From: Flavobacteriales bacterium
Lineage (GTDB): Bacteria; Bacteroidota; Bacteroidia; NS11-12g; UBA955
DNA: 64,000 nucleotides
Direction: 5' to 3'
Assembly: GCA_024643755.1 (NCBI GenBank)
Contig: JAHEMG010000001.1
Span: forward strand, 6,812 to 70,811
Shown here: in pieces, positions 47,787 to 57,223 of the stretch
How positions within the stretch are numbered: the stretch's first letter is position 1
How the letters are laid out: each line of letters opens with the position of its first letter
Program-made: the position numbers and the translations under genes
The notes under the pieces: model-generated
Database searches by the model: none
Told to the model about the DNA's origin: nothing
What the model saw: only the letters and a program-made list of their open reading frames with translations

Positions 47787-50390
47787 ATGAGAATAAAACC
47801 AATCATCACGCTCACCGCCTCGGCTACTTTGGTAGCTGGTATGTCGTTGTTTGTTGCGATGTTGCCCGTGGGAATGCCCGTTGCTTTGACGCAGTCAGAA
47901 AAGCATGACGAGGAAAAATCCATTGAGGGTGCCATTCGCTCGATGTACAGCATGCGATTGAACGAAGCCACCGGTACAATTGAGCCCGAGTGGTTTGAAG
48001 CTGCGATGTCTCAAGCCGATGCAATGCGTTTGAACCGTCGTGCCAACAAGCCGTTGAAATGGGAGAGTATGGGTCCAGACAACGTAGGTGGTCGTTTGCG
48101 TGCATTTTTGATTCACAAAGATTCCAATAACGTTTGGTTTGCGGGTAGTGTGAGTGGTGGTTTGTTCCGTTCTTTTACCAAAGGACAGAGCTGGACGCCC
48201 ATCAACGACAAGCAAGAGAACTTGAGTGTGACTTGTATTGCGCAAAACGCGGCTACTGGTACCATTTTTTATGGAACGGGTGAAGGTGGATTTGTGAACT
48301 TGTCAGGAACCAGAAACGGATCACCCGCTTTCTTGGGTGGTGGTATGTTCAAGAGTACCAACAACCGCGGTGTGGCATTCAACAAAATGACCAATACATC
48401 TGCGGCTAGCTTCATGCAGTGTAACAGCATGGTGGCGCATCCAACCGACGATAAAATTTACGTGTCTACTGAAGACGGTATTTATGAATTCACCAATGAT
48501 GGCGCCAACCAGAAGAAAATTTCTGTGGGTTCTATCAAAGAATTGAAGATGGATAAAAACGGTGTTTTGTGGGCATCGACCAATTTAGGTTCAGTGTTGA
48601 AAATGGATGCAGCGGGTGCAATGAAGGTGGTGAATAGTACAGTGAGTACTGGCGGACGTACATCCATTGCAATTTCTCCAGAGGATCCCAACTATGTGTA
48701 TTTGATGGGTGCATCGAATACAGGTTCTTTCAGCGGTTTGTTCAGAACAACCGATGGTGGAGTTACTTGGAATCGCTTGATGAGTTACAGTTCTGTGACC
48801 GACATCTTTGGATCTAACCGTCAAGGTTGGTATGACAACGTAGTGAGTGTTGATCCTGCGAATAAGGATAAAGTATACATGGGTGGTGTGGATTTGGCTA
48901 CTTGGGATGTTGTAAACGGATACCGCGAAACGGCTGGTACGTTTGATGCGCCTTGGAATACAAATTATGTACATGCCGATAAACACATGATTGCCTGGGA
49001 TATGTCGACCAAGCCCGCTACCATTATTGTGGGTTCTGACGGTGGCTTGCACAGAAGTTTCGATGGCAAGGTATGGACGCCTATTTCTCGTGGGTTTACC
49101 ACTTTGCAATTGTACAACGTAGCAGCCAACGAATTGGGTCACATGACCGGTGGTGCTCAGGATAACGGTACCCAGTTGTTGAATTTCAGCGGTAACTCTT
49201 TTGGTGGACAGCCATCAAAGACAGCCATTGAGATTTACGGTGGTGACGGTTTTGACGTTGAATTCTCACGTTTCAGTCCTAAGACCGTTTTTGTATCTAC
49301 ATACTATGGTAACGTAGCGCGTTCAGCGAACAGTGGTCAATCGACTTCAACTTTCTTCGATGACCGTCAGCCCGGAACTGCACAATCTGATTTTAATACC
49401 ACTTTCTGCTTGTGGGAGTCAGGACCAAAGACATCTCGTTTGTTCTTGGCCAAGAACTCAGAAGTATGGATGGCAAATAACCCAACCGACTTTGCTGAAA
49501 CTGTGAGCTGGTATTTGGTGGGTAAGAATTTGGGAACAGATCGCATCATCGAGATGGATTATTCTGCGGATGGTGATCATTTGTTCTTGTGTAAGTCGGG
49601 CCGTGTAACCCGTATCGACAGTATCAATTCAGCGACATTCACTTTGGCAGCCAACCCAACTGTGTTGCAAGTTCCTGCACCGATTGTTCAGACCAACATT
49701 ACCCCTTCTGGTTTGAGTGGTAGAACGGTGACTTCAGTGAACGTTGACCAAATGGATGCAGAGCACGTAGTCATCACATTGGGTGGTTATGGCAACTCTT
49801 CTTACGTATACGAAACCAACAATGCATTGGATGCAGTACCAACTTGGAAGAACATCACGGGCAATTTGCCTTCGATTCCAGTTTACGATGCGGTGATTGA
49901 CGTAGATGATAACAAGCGCATCATTTTGGGTACAGACTTGGGTATTTGGTATACCGAAGATGGTGGTTCAACTTGGGTTGAAGGAAACGACGGGATGGCT
50001 CGCGTACCGGTATTCGAGATTCGTGGATACGAGTGGAGACCTTGGGAGGGTATGACAATGTACATTGGTACTCACGGTCGTGGTTTCTTCCGCAGCAGAA
50101 CTTTGTTGACATCAACCAAGAATGTAAAAGACAATACTTCTTTGAAGGTGGTGGTTTATCCTAACCCAACCTCAGACAGAGCAACGGTTTCTGTTCAGTC
50201 AAAGGTGAAGGAAACTGCTGTGTTGCGTGTGGTGAACTTGCAGGGTCAGGTAGTATTGAACAAAGCGGTAGAGATTGTGGTGGGTGAGAATAGTTACGAC
50301 ATCAATCTGGGGAATTTCCCTAAGGGGTATTACTTCGCTACGCTGAAGGGCAATACAAACCAGGGCACAGTGAAAGTGTGCGTGCAATAA
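47787..50390 (+). CDS. Secreted BNR/Asp-box repeat (sortilin/VPS10- or GH74-like beta-propeller) protein with T9SS type-A C-terminal sorting domain
   Basis: Signal peptide. Repeated TTDGGVTW / EDGGSTW boxes. C-terminal about 80 aa (VYPNPTSDRATVSV...GYYFATLKGNTNQGTVKV) matches the Por/T9SS type-A domain. Confidence 0.75.
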   Translation: MRIKPIITLTASATLVAGMSLFVAMLPVGMPVALTQSEKHDEEKSIEGAIRSMYSMRLNEATGTIEPEWFEAAMSQADAMRLNRRANKPLKWESMGPDNVGGRLRAFLIHKDSNNVWFAGSVSGGLFRSFTKGQSWTPINDKQENLSVTCIAQNAATGTIFYGTGEGGFVNLSGTRNGSPAFLGGGMFKSTNNRGVAFNKMTNTSAASFMQCNSMVAHPTDDKIYVSTEDGIYEFTNDGANQKKISVGSIKELKMDKNGVLWASTNLGSVLKMDAAGAMKVVNSTVSTGGRTSIAISPEDPNYVYLMGASNTGSFSGLFRTTDGGVTWNRLMSYSSVTDIFGSNRQGWYDNVVSVDPANKDKVYMGGVDLATWDVVNGYRETAGTFDAPWNTNYVHADKHMIAWDMSTKPATIIVGSDGGLHRSFDGKVWTPISRGFTTLQLYNVAANELGHMTGGAQDNGTQLLNFSGNSFGGQPSKTAIEIYGGDGFDVEFSRFSPKTVFVSTYYGNVARSANSGQSTSTFFDDRQPGTAQSDFNTTFCLWESGPKTSRLFLAKNSEVWMANNPTDFAETVSWYLVGKNLGTDRIIEMDYSADGDHLFLCKSGRVTRIDSINSATFTLAANPTVLQVPAPIVQTNITPSGLSGRTVTSVNVDQMDAEHVVITLGGYGNSSYVYETNNALDAVPTWKNITGNLPSIPVYDAVIDVDDNKRIILGTDLGIWYTEDGGSTWVEGNDGMARVPVFEIRGYEWRPWEGMTMYIGTHGRGFFRSRTLLTSTKNVKDNTSLKVVVYPNPTSDRATVSVQSKVKETAVLRVVNLQGQVVLNKAVEIVVGENSYDINLGNFPKGYYFATLKGNTNQGTVKVCVQ

Positions 50391-50420
50391 GTGATTGATT
50401 TTTAATTCCTAACGTGTGAT

Positions 50421-50450
50421 GGGGCCGGCTTCGCCGGCCCCATTTTTTTT
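50421..50450 (+). terminator. Rho-independent terminator
   Basis: ggggccggc-ttcg-gccggcccc perfect stem followed by a T9 run. Confidence 0.9.
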
Positions 50451-50476
50451 GGAAGAATACGGAGCGATAAATAAAT

Positions 50477-51310
50477 TTACAACTGTCCTCGGAACACGAA
50501 CGTGGCCGGTCCGATGAGCTGAATATCACTAAATTGGTCGTTTTGCGCAGCAAAACGCACTTGTAACTGGCCGCCAGCTGTGTCAACATGCACGTGGTGG
50601 TTTGTGGGTTGGGTTGGATTGAGGCCCAAGCTGTTTATGTAGGCGATGGCGGCGGCCGTAACTCCTGTTCCACAACTTAACGTTTCATTCTCTACACCTC
50701 GTTCATAAGTGCGCATCGCTATGTGGTTGTTGCCAATCACCCTCACCGCGTTCACGTTGATGCCCGCTGGCATATAAGCATCGCTGTAGCGAATGGATCT
50801 TGCCCATTCAATCAATGGTAATTCCTGTAAATCTGTTGTTTGGAATTGTACGTAATGGGGCGACCCCGTATTGAGTTCCCAACAACCATCGCCTTTGACA
50901 GCAATGGCCGATACTGGATTCATCGTTAATGCAATCCCTTTATTATCTTCTGTTTTGCTTGCCTCGTGCACGCCATCGGGTGCCCAAAATAGCAAAGTAT
51001 CATCGCCCAAACTCAGCGCGAATGCCCATGCCGCAATGCATCTACCGCCGTTGCCGCACATCGTGCTCAAGCCACCATCGCTGTTGAAATAGACCATTTC
51101 AAAGTCGAACCCCTCTTTGTTTTGCAACAACATCAATCCATCTGCCCCCACGCCAAACTGTCGGTGACACAAATGCGCCACCAAATCCTTTTCAGTGGCA
51201 AATTGTTGGGGTACCTGCATCGCCAAGTAGGCCTGCCATGCGCCAGTCCGATTGTCGACCAGCACAAAATCATTCCCTGTGCCTTGGTATTTTACAAAGT
51301 TCAATGTCAT
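50477..51310 (-). CDS. dapF: Diaminopimelate epimerase
   Basis: FVKYQGTGNDFVLVD N-terminus. Two catalytic Cys contexts (CGNGGRC, SCGTGVTA). Confidence 0.95.
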   Translation of the reverse strand: MTLNFVKYQGTGNDFVLVDNRTGAWQAYLAMQVPQQFATEKDLVAHLCHRQFGVGADGLMLLQNKEGFDFEMVYFNSDGGLSTMCGNGGRCIAAWAFALSLGDDTLLFWAPDGVHEASKTEDNKGIALTMNPVSAIAVKGDGCWELNTGSPHYVQFQTTDLQELPLIEWARSIRYSDAYMPAGINVNAVRVIGNNHIAMRTYERGVENETLSCGTGVTAAAIAYINSLGLNPTQPTNHHVHVDTAGGQLQVRFAAQNDQFSDIQLIGPATFVFRGQL

Positions 51311-52374
51311 CGATTTTTTAACAATTTTAGGGTGTTCGCGTAGGTGACGGGGGTGAGTTTTTGCTTCACACTCACTGGCGCATTCATTGGGTAAAAGTAG
51401 TATTGCTCGCCCAGTTGCAAGTACAATTGCTGGTTGATTTCAAACAGCAGTACATCCATGCTGCCTGCATTGCAGAGGGTGAGGTTGCTCATAGTTGCCG
51501 TGTTGGCGGTGATCATGAGCCAGGGCGATTCACCAGTTTGCTCAATGAGGGTGATCATGTATTTTTTGGAGGGACTTTCCGCCAATTTGCTCTTGGCCTT
51601 TTTGCTTACAGTCGTGTTCGCGTCCGCAATTTGGATGGTGTCTGCGACTGCCATTTTTGCCCGGGGTTTGGCAACCGATTTCAATGGTTCACTTGCGGTT
51701 GCGTTGGCCTTGATCTCTTCGTTTAAGCTGATGGGCGTGAGGTTGATTTTTCCCAGATACAAGGGAGCAGTGTTGGCGTTGTTACTTGTACGGTTGTCGT
51801 CTGTTTCGCCCTTGGTTTTTGGTTCATCTTTGAAAGTGCTCCCGTAGGTGGGCGGATTTTCTACATCGCCCAATTCATTTTGATCGTCATCTGCTTCTTC
51901 TAACGGCGGCAGGTATTGGATTTCCGCTTCTGACTGTTCGTATGATTCTGTCTCTCTACGTGTATTCTGGTTTTCGTCGGGCTCGCTTTGATTCATGGCG
52001 ATGCTTGAATCGCTGCTGTAAACGGTAGTGGAGTCGGCCGAAATGGTTGATTTGTTTTCGCTGACAGAGGTGAAAATTGCACCGCGATAATTGATGAACA
52101 AGCCCACGGCGAGCACCACAAACGTGGCGGCGATAGACCACCACAAACCCGTTTTGGTGGATTCGTTTTGTTCGTCTTCGGTGATTCTGTTGGCGATGAA
52201 GTCTTTGAGTTCAGCGGCGCCTTCTTGGCGAATCCCCTCAATCATGTACTGCTGAAACTGAATGTGTTCCCATGTTTCGGGAGATTGTTTTGCCTCGGCT
52301 TCAAACACCGCAATCTCTTCGGGCGTCATTTCCCCGTTCAGGTAGGCTTCGATTCTTGGGTCGTTGATTTCCAT
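51307..52374 (-). CDS. Putative anti-sigma factor (single TM, N-terminal zinc-finger-less RsdA/ChrR-like cytoplasmic domain)
   Basis: Immediately downstream (3-nt gap) of the ECF sigma gene. Single TM LWWSIAATFVVLAVGLFI. Acidic periplasmic region. Confidence 0.55.
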   Translation of the reverse strand: MEINDPRIEAYLNGEMTPEEIAVFEAEAKQSPETWEHIQFQQYMIEGIRQEGAAELKDFIANRITEDEQNESTKTGLWWSIAATFVVLAVGLFINYRGAIFTSVSENKSTISADSTTVYSSDSSIAMNQSEPDENQNTRRETESYEQSEAEIQYLPPLEEADDDQNELGDVENPPTYGSTFKDEPKTKGETDDNRTSNNANTAPLYLGKINLTPISLNEEIKANATASEPLKSVAKPRAKMAVADTIQIADANTTVSKKAKSKLAESPSKKYMITLIEQTGESPWLMITANTATMSNLTLCNAGSMDVLLFEINQQLYLQLGEQYYFYPMNAPVSVKQKLTPVTYANTLKLLKNR

Positions 52375-52377
52375 GAG

Positions 52378-52953
52378 TTAGGGTTTGTTGAGGTAAAAAT
52401 CTGTGGCACTGTATTTCTGCTTGACGATCGTTTCAAGACCTTTCAAGCATTGGTGTTTTTTTGCTTTGGCTACCGAAGCACTGGCCAATCCGTTCGCTTT
52501 GGCGATGGTATCCATATCGAACCCATCGAAATAGAACATCATGAGGATGTTTCGGCATTTGTCTTGCAGCAAATCGAGGGCTTTTTGCACCAGCGAGTAA
52601 TCCATGTTTTGCGCGGGATCAGCGGAATCGGCCATCTCTTTGCCGGTAATGTATTGCTCTCCTTTGGTGCGTTTTCGCTTGTCGAGCTGTTTTAGCCACA
52701 AATTCTTGGCGATGGCAAACAGGTAGGTGCTGAGTTTGGCTGACAGTTCAAATTGTGGTTTGCGCACATTCTGCCAAATTGCCACAAGCGTGTCTTGCAT
52801 GAGGTCTTTGACATCTTCATCGTTCCCTGAGTGCTGAAAAACGTGGTTGGCAATCATTCCTTCGTGAGCTTTGTACAATTCAATCAATACTTCCCGGTCT
52901 CCTTCGCGGATGCGGTCAATGATTCTGCGGTCTAACAGTGAAGCTTTGTACAT
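52378..52953 (-). CDS. ECF-type RNA polymerase sigma-70 family factor
   Basis: Region 2 (DLMQDTLVAIWQN) and region 4 HTH (CRNILMMFYFDGFDMDTIA). Start chosen at MYKASLLD for a typical length of about 190 aa. Confidence 0.85.
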   Translation of the reverse strand: MYKASLLDRRIIDRIREGDREVLIELYKAHEGMIANHVFQHSGNDEDVKDLMQDTLVAIWQNVRKPQFELSAKLSTYLFAIAKNLWLKQLDKRKRTKGEQYITGKEMADSADPAQNMDYSLVQKALDLLQDKCRNILMMFYFDGFDMDTIAKANGLASASVAKAKKHQCLKGLETIVKQKYSATDFYLNKP

Positions 52954-53069
52954 TGCACGGGGGCTTAATACGCGTTCATCGAAAAAGGTAAACGCTTTGT
53001 AGTACAAAGTAAACGAAGTATGTGGGTTCTGCGTTAAAATTCGGTACAAATTTTGATTCACGATCGCAC

Positions 53070-54575
53070 ATGAAACAGTTATTAGACAAACACAAAATTT
53101 TGACCCTCGTATTGGCCGGTGTTGCCGGTGGCGTTGCCAGTTTGGGTGGTTACATGGTTGTGGCCTCTAATCAAGCCACTTCCATTGAGGCGAAGCAGAA
53201 TGCTTCCGGACAGTTGGCCCGATACGCCAGTTTAAACAGTAGTCCCGCCTTCGACTTTACGGGCGTTTCCGAGATTGCCAATCCTGCGGTGGTGCATATC
53301 AAATCCACCATTACGGGTAGTGGGATGGGTGAGGGACAGCGACAGCAGCAGATGCCGATGGATCCATTTGAATTTTTCCGTGGCGGTCCGGGCATGGAAT
53401 TCCAGCAACAAGGTCCGAGACAGAGCAGCGGTTCGGGTGTGATTTTGAGCGATGACGGTTATGTGGTGACCAACAATCACGTGATTGAGGGTGCATCGAA
53501 AATTGAGGTGGTATTGAACGACAAGCGCACGTATGTGGCGGAGTTGGTGGGAACGGATCCCAATACGGATATCGCGTTGTTGCGCATTGGAGAGAAGGAT
53601 TTGCCGTTTTTGAAGTTGGGTAATTCGGATGAGGTGAAGGTAGGACAGTGGGTTGTGGCTGTGGGGAATCCTTTCAATTTGAACAGCACGGTTACTTTGG
53701 GGATTGTGAGTGCGATGGGCAGAAACATCGACCTGATTCGCAGCAAGGGCAATAAATACGCCATCGAGAACTTCATCCAAACGGATGCGGCGATCAATCC
53801 GGGTAATTCGGGTGGGGCGTTGGTGAATACGGCGGGGGAGTTGATTGGGATTAACACGGCCATCGCCTCGGAAACGGGGAGTTATGCGGGGTATGGTTTT
53901 GCGGTGCCGGTGAATTTGGTGAAGAAGGTGGTGAACGACATCATGAAGTATGGGAAGGTGCAGCGCGCGTTGCTGGGTGTATCGATCCAAGAAATCAATC
54001 AGGATTTGGCCGATGCACAGGGCTTGAAGGATTTGAAGGGGGTCTATGTGGCCGAGGTGGTTGAGAATGGTGCGGGCCAGAAGGCGGGCATCAAGAAGGG
54101 CGATGTGATTTTGAAGGTGGCTGGTATTGAGGTGAATTCATCGTCGCGTTTGCAGGAAGAGGTTGGGAAATACCGTCCTGGCGATAAGGTGATGATTACG
54201 ATCCGACGGAAGAGTGCGGAATTGGAGTTGGAGGCGACGTTGTTGAACGCGGAGGGGAAGACGAAGTTGGAGGTGGCCGAGGCCGATGTAACGGATAGTT
54301 ATCAGGGGATGAAGATGGACAATGTAACGCGGGAGGAGAAGCTTGCGTTGGGTGTGAAGGCGGGCGTGAAGGTGAGTGCGATGGAGAAGGGGTTGTTCAA
54401 GGAGGCCGGGATTCCGGTGGGGTTTGTGATTACGCACATCAACAATGAGCCGGTATATTCTGCCAAGGGCGCGGTGAGTTTGATGAAGTCGTTGTCTGGC
54501 GCGATCACCATTGAGGGGTATACGATGGACAAGAAGGAGCGGGTTTTCGCGGTGAAGTTGCCTCGGAAGGATTGA
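53070..54575 (+). CDS. htrA: Periplasmic serine endoprotease DegP/HtrA (Do family) with two PDZ domains
   Basis: Catalytic triad contexts (TNNHVI, DIALL, GNSGGALVN). Two PDZ-like segments. Start at MKQLLDKHKILTLVLAG. Confidence 0.9.
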   Translation: MKQLLDKHKILTLVLAGVAGGVASLGGYMVVASNQATSIEAKQNASGQLARYASLNSSPAFDFTGVSEIANPAVVHIKSTITGSGMGEGQRQQQMPMDPFEFFRGGPGMEFQQQGPRQSSGSGVILSDDGYVVTNNHVIEGASKIEVVLNDKRTYVAELVGTDPNTDIALLRIGEKDLPFLKLGNSDEVKVGQWVVAVGNPFNLNSTVTLGIVSAMGRNIDLIRSKGNKYAIENFIQTDAAINPGNSGGALVNTAGELIGINTAIASETGSYAGYGFAVPVNLVKKVVNDIMKYGKVQRALLGVSIQEINQDLADAQGLKDLKGVYVAEVVENGAGQKAGIKKGDVILKVAGIEVNSSSRLQEEVGKYRPGDKVMITIRRKSAELELEATLLNAEGKTKLEVAEADVTDSYQGMKMDNVTREEKLALGVKAGVKVSAMEKGLFKEAGIPVGFVITHINNEPVYSAKGAVSLMKSLSGAITIEGYTMDKKERVFAVKLPRKD

Positions 54576-54601
54576 TTTGGGAGATTGTTATGAGTGAAAA
54601 A

Positions 54602-54633
54602 TAGGGCCGGCTTTGCCGGCCCTATTTTTATTT
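54602..54633 (+). terminator. Rho-independent terminator of htrA
   Basis: tagggccggc-tttg-gccggcccta stem followed by tttttattt. Confidence 0.85.
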
Positions 54634-54669
54634 AATGATGTTTTGGTTTGCTAAAGAATTTTAATGAAC

Positions 54670-54699
54670 TTGACATCTGAACTGTATCATTGTAAAAAT
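54670..54699 (+). promoter_or_regulatory. E. coli-like sigma70 promoter (TTGACA - 17 bp - TAAAAAT) upstream of the AT-rich lipoprotein gene
   Basis: TTGACA at 54670-54675 and TAAAAAT at 54693-54699 with a 17-nt spacer, seen directly in sequence. Confidence 0.4.
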
Positions 54700-54750
54700 T
54701 AGGTGATTTGCTTACCAATTAGTTTTAATTTAGTTTCAATAATTTACTTG

Positions 54751-55332
54751 ATGAGATATCCAATCATAATTGTAACATTGTTATTATTGATTCAATGTGG
54801 TCGCAATACTCCAATGAAAAAATCTGACAAGTTTTTACTGTCAGAAACCTTTTTATTCAAGGATACGCAGTATTTCAAATCGAATTTGGGAGATACAATA
54901 AATCTGGTTCATGATTCAGACAATTGTAAGCAAGATTATAAGGGGTATTTTGGTGGTAAAGGTTGCTACCTTGAGAGTGCAGAATACTTTTATTCAGTGT
55001 ATCGTGGAAATAAAAAAATCGACCAACTTAGAATTGGTTTTTTTTCGCAGTATTCGGAATCACTTGAACAGGGTGGTAGTTTAAGATTTGATTTTGTAAA
55101 TTATTGTTTTGAAATTCCTGAATTTAACGGGTTTTCGGTTGCATCATGGAATATAAAGTCTCGGAATGATACTACTTGGTTAAAGGGGTTTGAATATAAC
55201 ACAATAGATCATGTAAGTAGGATTATTAAGTCTGATACCAAAGCCTGGCCATTTGTGGTGAAAATGAAATCGGGGATCATTGAATTTAAAATTAATGACG
55301 TGATTTACAGCAGAATTTATCCGCAAAATTGA
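54751..55332 (+). CDS. Orphan hypothetical lipoprotein in AT-rich (about 30% GC) island
   Basis: Start MRYPIIIVTLLLLIQCGRN (lipobox). 193 aa. Strongly AT-biased codon usage unlike the flanking genes. No recognisable domain. Confidence 0.45.
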   Translation: MRYPIIIVTLLLLIQCGRNTPMKKSDKFLLSETFLFKDTQYFKSNLGDTINLVHDSDNCKQDYKGYFGGKGCYLESAEYFYSVYRGNKKIDQLRIGFFSQYSESLEQGGSLRFDFVNYCFEIPEFNGFSVASWNIKSRNDTTWLKGFEYNTIDHVSRIIKSDTKAWPFVVKMKSGIIEFKINDVIYSRIYPQN

Positions 55333-55396
55333 AGCGCGTTAATTGTTGATTTTTCGCGAAACTGTTTAATCAAGAATATTTCTAACCGAATTTGAG

Positions 55397-56983
55397 TTAA
55401 AAATCCTCAGAAATATTGGGTGTGAAGCCGGAGTTCCAGCCGTTGTCTTCGGTGAAAGGACTGTTGTTGTTCATTTTACTTTGAACTGTGACACTCTGGG
55501 GTTGGTAGAAATTGAAATCGCCACCCTTGTTTTCCAGCATCATGCGGTCTTGGGGGTCCAAATCAACGAACTTAGAAAACTGTCCAACAAACTTCGCGAA
55601 GGCAGAGCCTGTTTCGCCGTGACGGTTTTTACCGATGATGATCTCCGTGAGGCCGGTGATTTCGCTACCCGGACTGGCTTCGGCCTGTTGACCAGGTTCG
55701 TTCATGCCCATCTTTTGGTAGTACTCATCGCGGTACAAGAACATAACCATATCGGCATCCTGTTCAATAGAACCCGATTCACGCAAATCTGAGAGTTGGG
55801 GACGTTTGTTGCTCCGTTTTTCAACTTCACGACTCAACTGCGCCAAGGCAATTACAGGTATCGCCAGTTCTTTGGCCAAACCTTTCAATGCCCGTGAAAT
55901 GAAGGCAATTTCTTGTTCACGGTTACCCTGGCCTTTGGTCTCATGTCGCAACAACTGCAAATAATCCACCACAACAAGGTCCAGTCCGCTCTGGGAGTGG
56001 ATTCTCCGGCATTTCGCGGTCAGGTCAAATATGCTCAACTGCGGGGTGTCGTCAATGTATATTCCGGCATTGGACAGGTGTACGGTTTTGTCGTGCAGAC
56101 GCTGCCATTCTTGCTCTGTCAGGTTGCTTTTTTTGATTTTGTCCGATTCGATTTCTGCTTCGCCACTGATCAAGCGATTCACGAGCTGTACATCGGCCAT
56201 CTCTAACGAGAAAATCATTGCTTTTTTGCCAAAATCCAGGGCGGCATTGCGCATCAAACTCAGCGCAAACGCCGTTTTACCCATCGCGGGGCGGGCTGCT
56301 AAAATGATCAAATCCGAGGGCTGCCATCCGCTGGTAATGCGATCCAAATCACTGAATCCGGTGGCCACACCGGTGATGCCTGAATTGTCGGTGGATTGGC
56401 GCAATTCCAATTCTTTCAACGCCTGTTGAACCAGGGCATTGATGTCGCGGAAGCTCCGTTTCAGTCCGGCGTTTTTGATTTCGTATAATTTTCGCTCGCA
56501 CTCATCCAACATTTGGAAGGAGTCTAGGGTATCGTCATAGGCGTCCATGGCAATTTCCCCTGAAACGCGGATGAGTTCGCGCTGAACAAATTTTTGTGTC
56601 AGGATACGGGCATGGTAATCAAGGTTTGCCGCCGATGAAACTTTGCTTGTAAGGGTAGCCAAATAATAGGCCCCACCGATGATGTCGAGGTCGCCGTTGT
56701 TTCGCAATTCGTTCGCAACAGTCAACAAATCCACTGCGCCGCCATCCGAATACAACTTCTTGATAACGCCGTAAATTTTGCCATTTTCAGGGGCATAAAA
56801 GTGGGCTTCGGTGAGAATCTCAATGGCAGAGTGGATCTTGTCGCGCTCTAGCATCATCGCCCCAAGGACGGCTTCTTCCAACTCACGCGCATTTGGTGGC
56901 ATGCGACCGCTGGCATCGGGACCGATGATTTTGGGCACTGGGCTTTTCTTGCGTGTGGTTTTGTAGTTGGAGTTCTCGTCCAT
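55397..56983 (-). CDS. dnaB: Replicative DNA helicase DnaB
   Basis: Walker A (ARPAMGKTAFAL), RecA-like H1/H2/H3/H4 motifs. 528 aa with no intein. Confidence 0.95.
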   Translation of the reverse strand: MDENSNYKTTRKKSPVPKIIGPDASGRMPPNARELEEAVLGAMMLERDKIHSAIEILTEAHFYAPENGKIYGVIKKLYSDGGAVDLLTVANELRNNGDLDIIGGAYYLATLTSKVSSAANLDYHARILTQKFVQRELIRVSGEIAMDAYDDTLDSFQMLDECERKLYEIKNAGLKRSFRDINALVQQALKELELRQSTDNSGITGVATGFSDLDRITSGWQPSDLIILAARPAMGKTAFALSLMRNAALDFGKKAMIFSLEMADVQLVNRLISGEAEIESDKIKKSNLTEQEWQRLHDKTVHLSNAGIYIDDTPQLSIFDLTAKCRRIHSQSGLDLVVVDYLQLLRHETKGQGNREQEIAFISRALKGLAKELAIPVIALAQLSREVEKRSNKRPQLSDLRESGSIEQDADMVMFLYRDEYYQKMGMNEPGQQAEASPGSEITGLTEIIIGKNRHGETGSAFAKFVGQFSKFVDLDPQDRMMLENKGGDFNFYQPQSVTVQSKMNNNSPFTEDNGWNSGFTPNISEDF

Positions 56984-57223
56984 AGGACCTACAAAGTAAA
57001 ATCAAATCGACAAAGTTTTATCAAATTGCCGTCACAAAACTTGTGAACATTTTCGGGGTTGGTTGGACTGCCATTGGGCGTCAAAATGACAGTAAATTCA
57101 TGTCCAACAAAATGGGTACAATATATGTTATATCCAAGAAAACATACAGTGTTTGGGCTTGTTCGTTTTTGGTAATTGAAATGCCATTTCGAGCCCATAC
57201 ATTTGTAATTAAGCAGAGCAAAA

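Noticed and set aside
53232-53990. 252-aa minus-strand ORF
   Set aside because: It is antisense to the htrA protease domain.
54640-55400. AT-rich island as a mobile element
   Set aside because: I found no integrase, transposase, flanking direct repeats or tRNA target. It is reported as a compositional island or orphan gene, not as a mobile element.
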